A stretch of 64,000 nt of DNA from Candidatus Latescibacterota bacterium. GTDB lineage: Bacteria > Latescibacterota > UBA2968 > GCA-2709665. A program made the translations under genes and the position numbers. Position 1 is the stretch's first letter. Each line of letters opens with the position of its first letter. This document shows positions 11,039-19,589 of this stretch, piece by piece. The stretch covers positions 5,024,001 to 5,088,000 of the forward strand of contig OZ244937.1 in the NCBI GenBank assembly GCA_965222075.1, written 5' to 3'. The notes beneath the pieces are model-generated. The model saw nothing but the letters and a program-made list of their open reading frames with translations, was not told where the DNA came from and did not search any database.

Positions 11039-12400
11039 ATGGTAGAACGAAATATCGGGATCTGCCGCCAGCTCTTTGTGGACGATTTCTGGATCGACCA
11101 TTCGGAAGGGGTCACGCGGCGGCTGCACGAGCCGGTGCGCCGGGATGTGGCGATCGCTCCCGAGCATCCCTGGGAGCGGGACGGCGTTTCCTATATGGTG
11201 ACGTTTCGGGAGGGGGATCGCTTTCGGGGCTGGTACCGCTGCGACGCGGAGATGTCTGTTCACAAGAAGCGGCAGGTCCTGATTGCCTATGCCGAAAGTT
11301 CGGACGGCATTCACTGGGAGAAGCCGGTGCTGGGTCTTATCGAATTTGCAGGGTCCAAGGAGAACAATCTGGTCTGGACCGGCCCGGGGAACAATATGTC
11401 GCCGTTTCGGGACGACGCTCCGGACGCGCCCGAGGAGGAACGCTACAAGGCGATTGTCCGGGACCGGCCCGGCGTATTCGCGCTCGTGTCTCCAGACGGG
11501 CTGCGCTGGCGGTTGATGCGGGAGGAGCCGATTCTGACTGAAGGGCCTTTCGATTCACACAATATCGCGTTTCGGGATCCCTGGAAGGATGAGTACGTGA
11601 TCTATTGCCGGGGTGTGGCCGGAGAAGGGAATTTCTTAGGCGGCGTCCGGTGGATCCGACGGACGACCTCGCAGGACTTTCGGACCTGGACGCCCTTAGA
11701 GCCGATCGATGCGGGCGATACGCCGTTTGAACACCTCTACACCAATGCCTGCGTTCCCTACGAACGGTCGCCGGGCACCTATCTGATGTTCCCTTCCCGG
11801 TTCGTGCCCGAGCGCGAGCCGACACCCGACTGGAAATACGGCCCGGGCGTGAACGATATCGTGTTTATGTCCAGCCGGGACGGGCTGCATTTTGACCGCA
11901 GTTTTATGGAGGCTTTCCGCCGGCCCGGGCCGGATGAGGGGAATTGGCACGAGCGCGCGGTTTACATGGAACGGGGGATTTTGCAGACATCGCCGACGGA
12001 GATGTCGATGTTCGGGATGGAGAACTGGCGGCTGCCCTCTGTTCGCATCTCGCGTTATACCCTCCGAACCGACGGCTTTGTGTCGGTCAACGCTGGGTTC
12101 GCGGGGGGGGGATTTACCACCCCGGCGCTGGTTTTTGAGGGCGATGAGCTGGAATTGAACTACGCGACATCGGCGGTGGGGTCGGTTCGGGTGGAGGTCC
12201 AGGATGCCGGTGGAGGCCCTCTGCCCGGTTTTGCACTGGATACGTGTCCCGAGATCTTTGGCGATGAGATCGAGGGAGTGGTGCGCTGGGCGGACGGGGG
12301 TGATGTGGGGGCGCTGGCGGGCCGGCCGGTGCGGCTGCGGTTTGTGATGAAGGATGCGGACGTGTTTGCGTTTCGGTTTCGGGAAAAGGGGACGGCTTGA
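11039..12400 (+). CDS. Putative beta-propeller glycoside hydrolase-like protein
   Basis: Asp-box-like YAESSDGIHWEKP, SPDGLRW, SRDGLHF; C-terminal LRTDGFVSV beta-sandwich. Confidence 0.7.
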   Translation: MVERNIGICRQLFVDDFWIDHSEGVTRRLHEPVRRDVAIAPEHPWERDGVSYMVTFREGDRFRGWYRCDAEMSVHKKRQVLIAYAESSDGIHWEKPVLGLIEFAGSKENNLVWTGPGNNMSPFRDDAPDAPEEERYKAIVRDRPGVFALVSPDGLRWRLMREEPILTEGPFDSHNIAFRDPWKDEYVIYCRGVAGEGNFLGGVRWIRRTTSQDFRTWTPLEPIDAGDTPFEHLYTNACVPYERSPGTYLMFPSRFVPEREPTPDWKYGPGVNDIVFMSSRDGLHFDRSFMEAFRRPGPDEGNWHERAVYMERGILQTSPTEMSMFGMENWRLPSVRISRYTLRTDGFVSVNAGFAGGGFTTPALVFEGDELELNYATSAVGSVRVEVQDAGGGPLPGFALDTCPEIFGDEIEGVVRWADGGDVGALAGRPVRLRFVMKDADVFAFRFREKGTA

Positions 12401-12643
12401 CACGGTGTCCGTGTCTCTCCATACTCGCGGCCGGTGAGCCTGCGTGCGGCCACACGGGTAATTGCGATGGGATAAGAGGAGGAAATTTCGGGTTTCGGAA
12501 TGCGCAATATTAAGGTTTTTCAATTCGCAATGTGACAGGGGTCAAGTAGGTCTTGACCAGGAATACCTGATTGTGTAATTTTACATGTGCTGTTGAGCCG
12601 GTATCAGCCGGGGCATTTACCAGCATTCTTGGGGGAAAGAAGG

Positions 12644-15139
12644 ATGACAAGGAATAGCGAATTTGGAGGTTGCAATTTTACCGGGTTGTTCCACCTGTTC
12701 TCCGGGGTGCTGGTTCTGATCTTTGTTTGTGTCGGCCTGGGCGTATCGGACGGTAAGGAAGGGGAGATTCTTTATTCGCGCGCCGAACTGGATTCTCTGA
12801 CTTCTGGGGCCGAGCGACAGATGGGTGCGGGCGCGTTTGCGGAGGCCGCCGGCATCCTCGCCCGCCTTGCGGAGGCCTATCCGGAGGATGCCGTGCTCCA
12901 GATCCAGCTGGGCCATGCGTATCTGAAAAGTGGAGGCTTCAAAGGGGCTCGGGATGCCTTTAAGAGGGCCAAAGAACTCGATGGAACGCTCGTTGAGGCT
13001 TATGTGGGCCTCGGGATGGCCCACTTGAAGACGCCCGCCAGGGGGGTGCCGGCTTACTACAACTTCCGGCGTTCGGTGGGCGAGGCCAAGCGGGCGATCA
13101 AGATTGATTCCACGTACGCACCGGCTTACTGGCTTTTGGGCGAGGGCTATGAAGAATTCGAGGAAGACCATGAAAAGGCCGTGGCGTATTTTATGAAGTA
13201 TATCCAGCTGGAGTCGGACAATCCGGACGGGCTTTACGCCTTCGGGATTGCCTGTATTCAGGCCAAGCAATACGAGAAGGTGGACCAGTATCTCGCGCCC
13301 TACCTGAAGGAGAACCCCGAGGAGGTCCAGCTTCTTCCCCTCGTGGCTCAGGCGCATTTCTTTCTGGAACGCTTTGATCTGGCTTTAGAAAACTTCGAAC
13401 GCTATCTGCAGACGCTGGACGAGGAGGAGCGTCAGCTTTACACCGACATCTCTTTGGTTGCTTCCAATCAGGAGGTCGAGGATCTGGAGGCGACCCCGGA
13501 GGGGGAGCGTGTGGCCTACCTGGAGCAGTTCTGGCTGAGGCGGGATTCGGATATTCTGACCAAGATCAACGAGCGCATTATCGAGCACTATCGCCGGGTC
13601 TGGTACGCGCGGACCACTTTTGCCGACAGAATTCATCCCTGGGACAAACGGGGGGAGGTCTACATCCGGTATGGAGAGCCGGATTACCGCTCGCGGTCTA
13701 CGCAGCGGCAGTTCGTGCAGAGTGCCGAGGTCGAGCAGGTGCGCAACAATATGGCCGTGAAGATGTATGGCGCCGAGGCCACTTTCCTGACCTTTACCGG
13801 TCCGGTGTTTCCGGTCCGGTCGGTTCACAATCCAAACGCTGCGGGCCTACACAGCCTGCTCGACGAGTCCGGCGTGCCCGAAGAGGCGGATGACCCCTTT
13901 GATGAGGAGGCCGCTACGCAAATTCCAGAGGACGCGGCGGGGCCTCAAGGGTCGGTTGGGGACGGTTCGGGTGACGTGAATCCACTCGATAGTCCGGATA
14001 GCCGCTTCGACGAATTCGGTAATTTCAGGACCAAGCTCAATTTTGGGGGGTTCGCCCCCATCACGATGGGGAATGAGTTCGGGACCGTGCCCTGGGAGAC
14101 CTGGACGTATACGAAGATCGGGGGCGGCATCGAGATTACGTTCACAGACGAGAGGGGCAACGGGCAGTTCGATTTTGCGCCCATCCCACCGCCCGACTAC
14201 GACACAAACGTTGGCGATATGGCGCGTATCAACGAATTTGCGCCCGGCACGATTTTCGCGAACACCGCGGCCCAGGTGCCGGACTACTACCGCCCGAGCT
14301 TTCAACATCCCCCGCTTGACTTCTACTACGACCTGGCCGATTTCCGGGCTTCGGAGGGTCAAACCGCCTTAGAGGTCTACTACGGGATACCCCCCGAGCA
14401 GGTCGAGGCCGTGGAGAACTCGGACACGTCCCTGGTCCACGTGCAGTGCGCCGTGGCCTTGGCGAATTCGGATTATACCTCAATCCACCGGACCGCGTTG
14501 AAACACGCCTACCGGGTTGCAAACCGGTCTGATGCGCAGGCGATGGGATCGTTTATGCCCGAACTCCTCAAGGTGGAGGTGCCTCCCGGAGAATATGAGC
14601 TGCAGGTCCAGATCAAGGATCTGGTTTCGGGGCGCACCGGAATTTACAGGCAGTCGGTAGAGGTCAAAGAGTATCCCGAAGACGCGCTCCGAATCAGCGA
14701 CATCCAGCTTGCGGCGGCAATTGAAGACACGGGTTCGGCCCAGAGGTTCCGGAAGGGAGAGGTGTGGGTTGTGCCGATGCCGACCCGGAACTACCGGGAA
14801 TCCCAGAAGTTCTACGCCTATTATGAGATCTACAACCTCAGCAAGGACCCTTTCGGGCAGACGCGCTTCAGCGTACGATATCTGGTTCGGTCGATCTCAA
14901 AGCCGATCAAGGGGGCGTTGGGATCGCTTGCGGGGGGAGTTCGTTCCCTCTTCAAGAGCAAAAAACCCCAGGTTTCGATTACCCATGAACAGACCGGATT
15001 CGAACCGGCGGAGCAGGGATACGTGGAAATCGATTTGAGCAAGGCCAAGCCCGGGATTAACATCCTTGAGGTTGAGATTAAGGATCTTGTCACCGGTGAG
15101 AGCGCGACCCGGGAGATCCGGTTTCAGTACGGGGGGTGA
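12644..15139 (+). CDS. TPR plus GWxTD-type domain exported protein
   Basis: N-terminal TPRs; FWLRRD..NERIIEHYRRVWYA..PWDKRGEVYIRYGEPD..WETWTY; C-terminal beta-sandwich; start uncertain (ORF open from 12587). Confidence 0.8.
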   Translation: MTRNSEFGGCNFTGLFHLFSGVLVLIFVCVGLGVSDGKEGEILYSRAELDSLTSGAERQMGAGAFAEAAGILARLAEAYPEDAVLQIQLGHAYLKSGGFKGARDAFKRAKELDGTLVEAYVGLGMAHLKTPARGVPAYYNFRRSVGEAKRAIKIDSTYAPAYWLLGEGYEEFEEDHEKAVAYFMKYIQLESDNPDGLYAFGIACIQAKQYEKVDQYLAPYLKENPEEVQLLPLVAQAHFFLERFDLALENFERYLQTLDEEERQLYTDISLVASNQEVEDLEATPEGERVAYLEQFWLRRDSDILTKINERIIEHYRRVWYARTTFADRIHPWDKRGEVYIRYGEPDYRSRSTQRQFVQSAEVEQVRNNMAVKMYGAEATFLTFTGPVFPVRSVHNPNAAGLHSLLDESGVPEEADDPFDEEAATQIPEDAAGPQGSVGDGSGDVNPLDSPDSRFDEFGNFRTKLNFGGFAPITMGNEFGTVPWETWTYTKIGGGIEITFTDERGNGQFDFAPIPPPDYDTNVGDMARINEFAPGTIFANTAAQVPDYYRPSFQHPPLDFYYDLADFRASEGQTALEVYYGIPPEQVEAVENSDTSLVHVQCAVALANSDYTSIHRTALKHAYRVANRSDAQAMGSFMPELLKVEVPPGEYELQVQIKDLVSGRTGIYRQSVEVKEYPEDALRISDIQLAAAIEDTGSAQRFRKGEVWVVPMPTRNYRESQKFYAYYEIYNLSKDPFGQTRFSVRYLVRSISKPIKGALGSLAGGVRSLFKSKKPQVSITHEQTGFEPAEQGYVEIDLSKAKPGINILEVEIKDLVTGESATREIRFQYGG

Positions 15140-15332
15140 GTTTTGATTTTTGCACCCCAGAGACGCAGAGGATGCAGAGAAAAAGAAAAAAAGGTCTGTG
15201 CGGCGTCCCTGGGGTCCGATCGCAATGCGGGTGGATGTTGATTCGGTCCAGGATTTTGTAATTGTTTTTAATACGTTTATCTCTGTTGGAGGGGGGGTAA
15301 TAAAGACCTGTTGTTGAGATAAAAAAAAAGCC

Positions 15333-15362
15333 TTGACAGAATGAATAGATCGGTTGTAAATT
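15333..15362 (+). promoter_or_regulatory. Sigma70-type promoter of cassette 1
   Basis: A-tract, then TTGACA-18 bp-TAAATT. Confidence 0.55.
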
Positions 15363-15621
15363 CCGTTTCTAATAAGGACAAATGAACCATAACTGTTTAG
15401 GAGGTTGAGGTTTGAGCAGAAGAAGACAAGTGTTTACAAGATGGCCGCACTGTCGGGGTGGAATGGCTGACAGTACGGCTTCTATATGTCTATAGCTGTT
15501 GGCCGTTGATGTAAGCGCGTGGGGCTTTTTTATCCGAGAGGAGGTGGTCGTTGGCCGCACACTTATATTCGGGTGTTTTCCGTTATTCTTTATCGGCCCA
15601 AAGCCTGGAGGAGAATGTGTT

Positions 15622-16341
15622 ATGAGAAAGTGTAAAGTTGTCAGTTTCGTTGTGGTGGCGCTCCTGCTGAGTTCGACGGTGGTTGTCTACGGCCAAAGTG
15701 CGGGTGCAAGCTGGGGTGTGGGCGCATTTTTGGACTATAACCGGTCGCTGTTCAAGATGAAAGACTGGTTTGACGACGGGCAGGGCAAAGTGGGGGTGGT
15801 CTTCACCTACGTGGTGGGTCCCAAGGTGAGCGTGGAGGTGGAGTATAGCCGTTCCAGGTTCACCAACGGGAGCCTTCAGGAGCGCACGTTCACGTGGGGT
15901 GTAGACGGTAAGGACTACCTCTCGCCTGGTGCGGTGAGCCAGATGACGATGAACAATTTTTTGGTGAATGGGATCATCCGGAGGACTGGCGCGGAGGTTC
16001 TTCGTCAGGGGAGTTATGCGCCCTATTTGACGGTGGGTGCTGGGTTTTACGATTATTCGACGGATGTTCGGAATTTGATTTATCCGGGTCAGAAGACGGC
16101 GCCTTTGGACCAGGCGTTGAAGCTGGATGCGTTCAGTGACACGCGCACGGCGCTTGGAGTGAACGCGGGTTTGGGGGTAGAGGGATTTGTGTTCGACAAT
16201 ATGGCTGTGGATCTTCGTCTTCGGTATAATGTGTTGTTGGGTGAGCTTCGTCCCATGGAGGCGTGGGGGATAGAGGGGCAGACGTTTCCGATGCAGTTTT
16301 GGAATGTTCGGGGAGGGTTGAGGTTTTATTTTGCGCGGTAG
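15622..16341 (+). CDS. Small outer-membrane beta-barrel protein, copy 1
   Basis: GGAGGAG RBS, signal peptide, PYLTVGAGFY, LGVNAGLGVE, C-terminal GGLRFYF. Confidence 0.85.
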   Translation: MRKCKVVSFVVVALLLSSTVVVYGQSAGASWGVGAFLDYNRSLFKMKDWFDDGQGKVGVVFTYVVGPKVSVEVEYSRSRFTNGSLQERTFTWGVDGKDYLSPGAVSQMTMNNFLVNGIIRRTGAEVLRQGSYAPYLTVGAGFYDYSTDVRNLIYPGQKTAPLDQALKLDAFSDTRTALGVNAGLGVEGFVFDNMAVDLRLRYNVLLGELRPMEAWGIEGQTFPMQFWNVRGGLRFYFAR

Positions 16342-16414
16342 GTCGTCGTTCGTTGTAGGGGATTGGTATCTCGTAGAAGCACACCAGAAGAAACGAGCGA
16401 CGATGTGAGCTGGG
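15664..16414 (+). repeat. About 750 bp near-identical repeat (copy at 30085-30835)
   Basis: Direct comparison at offset 14421; about 7 substitutions counted by eye. Confidence 0.95.
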
Positions 16415-16431
16415 GAAAAGAAAAGGAGGAG

Positions 16432-19400
16432 ATGATGAGAAGGTTACAGATTTTGACAGGGATCGTACTTGCGCTGTGCGCTGTTCTGGCGATGGGCAGT
16501 GTGGCCACGGCAGGGACCACCGGGAAGGTGATGGGTGTTGTGATGGATGAGAAGGGAGATCCGCTGCCGGGGGCCAGCGTGGTGTTTGAGGGCACCCAGC
16601 GAGGCGCCGTTACCGATGCGGATGGGGCCTATATCCTCCTGTCGGCGGATCCCGGGGTCTACAGAGCGGTGGCCTCGATGGTGGGGTACCATACGGTGAC
16701 CCAGGAGCAGGTACAGGTGCGGGCGGAGTTCACCACGACGGTGAATTTCACGCTTCGAGAGCAGGAACTGGCGCTGGAGGAGATGGTGGTGGTGGCGGAG
16801 CGCCCGCCGGTGGAACCGGACAAGACAGAGAGCCGGTATGTGATAACGGCCAAGGATATCGAGCAGGCGCCGATCCTGCGAACGGTCAGCGATGTGATCA
16901 CGCTGGAGGCCGGCGTGGCCACCGACGGCACCGGCGCGATCCGGTCGGGGAATTTGCCGGACAACGGCTACTATGTGGACGGGATCCGGATACAAAACCA
17001 GGATGGGAAGGCCATTTACACCAGCTACGGGTGGAACCAGTGGGGACAGAATGTCAATGCGAAGGCGGTGCAGGAGATCTCCCTGATAACCGGTGGGCTG
17101 AATGCCGAGTACGGAAACGCGCAGGCCGGAGTGGTGAACATCATCACCAAGGATGGCGGGTCTGAGTACCACGGCGAGGTGGAATACCGGCTCACCCCTG
17201 CTGGGAAGAAGCACTGGGGAGCGGATGTTTACGAGGCGCCTGAGCACCGGGGGAATGCGAAGTGGGACGACCCGGAGTGGGTGGCGGAGGTGGATCCCCA
17301 GACGGGGAATCTGGTGCACCAGCGGACCAACTACACGAACTGGCGCGGACATCACTACGACGGTCATTTCAGCGGTCCGCTGCTTGGACAATCGTCCTTT
17401 TTCGTCAGCGCGATGCACCGACGGGCCGCGCCGGCTACCCCCAACGCGTGGGGGAAGCACCAGCCGCCCAACATCCGCACAACGGCAAAGCTGACGGTTC
17501 CGGGCGGATCGAACATGAAGTTCCGGTTCGGCTGGATCTACGACTACGCGGAAGATCACCAGGACGGCCGCACCGGCGGCACCACGTCCAACACGCCCAA
17601 CGTGCTGAGGGGCACGGGTCGGAACCTGTTCCTGCCGGTGGGGTCGCCAGCGGCGACGAGGGAGGTTACGGAGAACCTGCTCTACGGCGCGCTGACCCAC
17701 ACGGTCAGTCCAAAGACGTTTTATGAGGTGCGGTTATCGCGGTATTTAAGCAGGCAGGACACCAGCAAGCCGGGGACCATGACCTCACACGTCAGGAATG
17801 ACAAGGCAGGGTACTTCCACATCGGCCGGGATGAGGTCCTGGACTTTCGGATCGGCGAGCAGAACCGACTCGGCCTCAAGGCCGACCTGTCGAGCCAGGT
17901 CACGAAGGGGCACTTCATCAAGGCCGGGATCGATTACACGGCGTACGAAAACTGGTATTCCTGGGAGGCCAATACGCCCGGGGATACGAAGCAGCAGATC
18001 GTCTACATCGCCGACGGGGAGCCGGGCAATGCGATCAATCCGAAGCAGCTCGCCCTCTACGTCCAGGACAAGATGGAGTTTGAGGGCTTTACCGTGAACG
18101 CGGGCATCCGCTACGACCGGTTCTGGGGCGTGGATGTGCCGCTGATGGGCGCGATGCGGAAGTTCGTTTACAACAGGATGAACCGCTACATTCAGGCGCC
18201 TTTCTTGCCGATGCGGCCGATCGCCAACTGGAGCCCGAGGGTCGGGATCGCGCATCCGATCACGGACAGGGCGGCCCTGCACTTTTACTACGGGCACCTG
18301 TTCCAGCTCCCGAGTTTCTTCCCGATGTTCCACGAGGAGTGGTCGGGTACCGGTGGGCCGATTCAGGATATCAAGTGGAGCAACTACAACCAGACCTACC
18401 GGCCTGCCGGCACGGCCGGGGTACGGCCGATCTGGGACGACTCACAGCGGACGATCAGCTTTGAGTTGGGTACCGACTGGAACTTCGTGAGCGACTATAC
18501 GGTGGCGCTGGCCACCTTTTACAAGACCGCGTTTTTCCAGGATACGGGGGGTGCGAATATCACCTACAATCCGGGCACGAAGGTAAATGACTTCATCTCC
18601 TCCTATTCCAACACGTGGATGGAGGAGATTCGGGGCTTTGAGTTCAGCATCCGGAAGAGGTTTAGAAACTACTTCTCGTTCCGGGCGGCGCTAAACATCG
18701 AGTGGGCGGAGGAGGGTCAGGGTGGAGGTGGGAATGCCGCGGTCGCCGAAACTGCGTTCCCGGATTCCGCCTGGATTGTCGGCAGCGGGTACTACTTCCT
18801 CGACTGGGAGATCTCCGGCGGCCAGGAGCGTGGGGTGCCGCTCACGGATGAGCAGAAGCGGGAGATTGGCGCACAGGCCAATGCCGTCGTAAAGGACTTG
18901 CAGGCGAATCCCCTAAAGTATGTACAGGGGGCATCCGAACCGGGTCGGCTCTTCGCGGCCTGGGAGCAGGACTGGATGTCGGGCGAGACCCAGCAGGCGT
19001 CTGAGGGCATCTACCTGCTTCTCAATCTGCAGGGCGTCAGCCGGCGCGACAGGGGGCGGGCCGGACAGGGTAGCTTTCAGTTCTTTTTCGAGTCCCCGAT
19101 GGATTTAGGACCGGGTCCGAAGTTCGGCGGGCGCACCCTCTTAGGCGGCGTGCGTGCGAACCTGCTCTACCGGATCTACACCGGATCGAAGTTCGAGTAC
19201 GTCAACCTCGACGCGGTCAACGCAAAGGCGAGGGGGCCTTTGCACACGCGAGCGGATCTGAACGTGCAGAAGCGCTTTCAGGTCGGCGGCGTATCCGCCG
19301 ACCTCTACGTGGAGGTGTCCAATCTGTTCGATCAGAAGGACGCCAGAGCCACGAATGAGGACTACATGTGGTGGGGGCTGCAGACTCCAAAGCCCAACGA

Positions 19401-19494
19401 CGATGCCTACCTGACGTATGGGGATGTCTCGGATCGGACGCGCTTCCTGGACCGTCCGCGGGAGTCCCACGTGGGCATTCGGGTTATATTCTAG
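16432..19494 (+). CDS. TonB-dependent receptor 1 (CarboxypepD_reg-like N-domain)
   Basis: GKVMGVVMD..GDPLPGASV, plug AVQEISLITGGLNAEYGNAQAGVVNIITK, YVQDKMEF, NAGIRYD, SPRVGIAHPIT, C-terminal F. Confidence 0.93.
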   Translation: MMRRLQILTGIVLALCAVLAMGSVATAGTTGKVMGVVMDEKGDPLPGASVVFEGTQRGAVTDADGAYILLSADPGVYRAVASMVGYHTVTQEQVQVRAEFTTTVNFTLREQELALEEMVVVAERPPVEPDKTESRYVITAKDIEQAPILRTVSDVITLEAGVATDGTGAIRSGNLPDNGYYVDGIRIQNQDGKAIYTSYGWNQWGQNVNAKAVQEISLITGGLNAEYGNAQAGVVNIITKDGGSEYHGEVEYRLTPAGKKHWGADVYEAPEHRGNAKWDDPEWVAEVDPQTGNLVHQRTNYTNWRGHHYDGHFSGPLLGQSSFFVSAMHRRAAPATPNAWGKHQPPNIRTTAKLTVPGGSNMKFRFGWIYDYAEDHQDGRTGGTTSNTPNVLRGTGRNLFLPVGSPAATREVTENLLYGALTHTVSPKTFYEVRLSRYLSRQDTSKPGTMTSHVRNDKAGYFHIGRDEVLDFRIGEQNRLGLKADLSSQVTKGHFIKAGIDYTAYENWYSWEANTPGDTKQQIVYIADGEPGNAINPKQLALYVQDKMEFEGFTVNAGIRYDRFWGVDVPLMGAMRKFVYNRMNRYIQAPFLPMRPIANWSPRVGIAHPITDRAALHFYYGHLFQLPSFFPMFHEEWSGTGGPIQDIKWSNYNQTYRPAGTAGVRPIWDDSQRTISFELGTDWNFVSDYTVALATFYKTAFFQDTGGANITYNPGTKVNDFISSYSNTWMEEIRGFEFSIRKRFRNYFSFRAALNIEWAEEGQGGGGNAAVAETAFPDSAWIVGSGYYFLDWEISGGQERGVPLTDEQKREIGAQANAVVKDLQANPLKYVQGASEPGRLFAAWEQDWMSGETQQASEGIYLLLNLQGVSRRDRGRAGQGSFQFFFESPMDLGPGPKFGGRTLLGGVRANLLYRIYTGSKFEYVNLDAVNAKARGPLHTRADLNVQKRFQVGGVSADLYVEVSNLFDQKDARATNEDYMWWGLQTPKPNDDAYLTYGDVSDRTRFLDRPRESHVGIRVIF

Positions 19495-19589
19495 CAAGGT
19501 TGAGACCCGGGGCCTGGGGTGCTGACGGTTCAGCGTCCGGGACCCGGGCAGGTTAGGACATCACGATGGATGAAAGAGAGGAGAATGAG

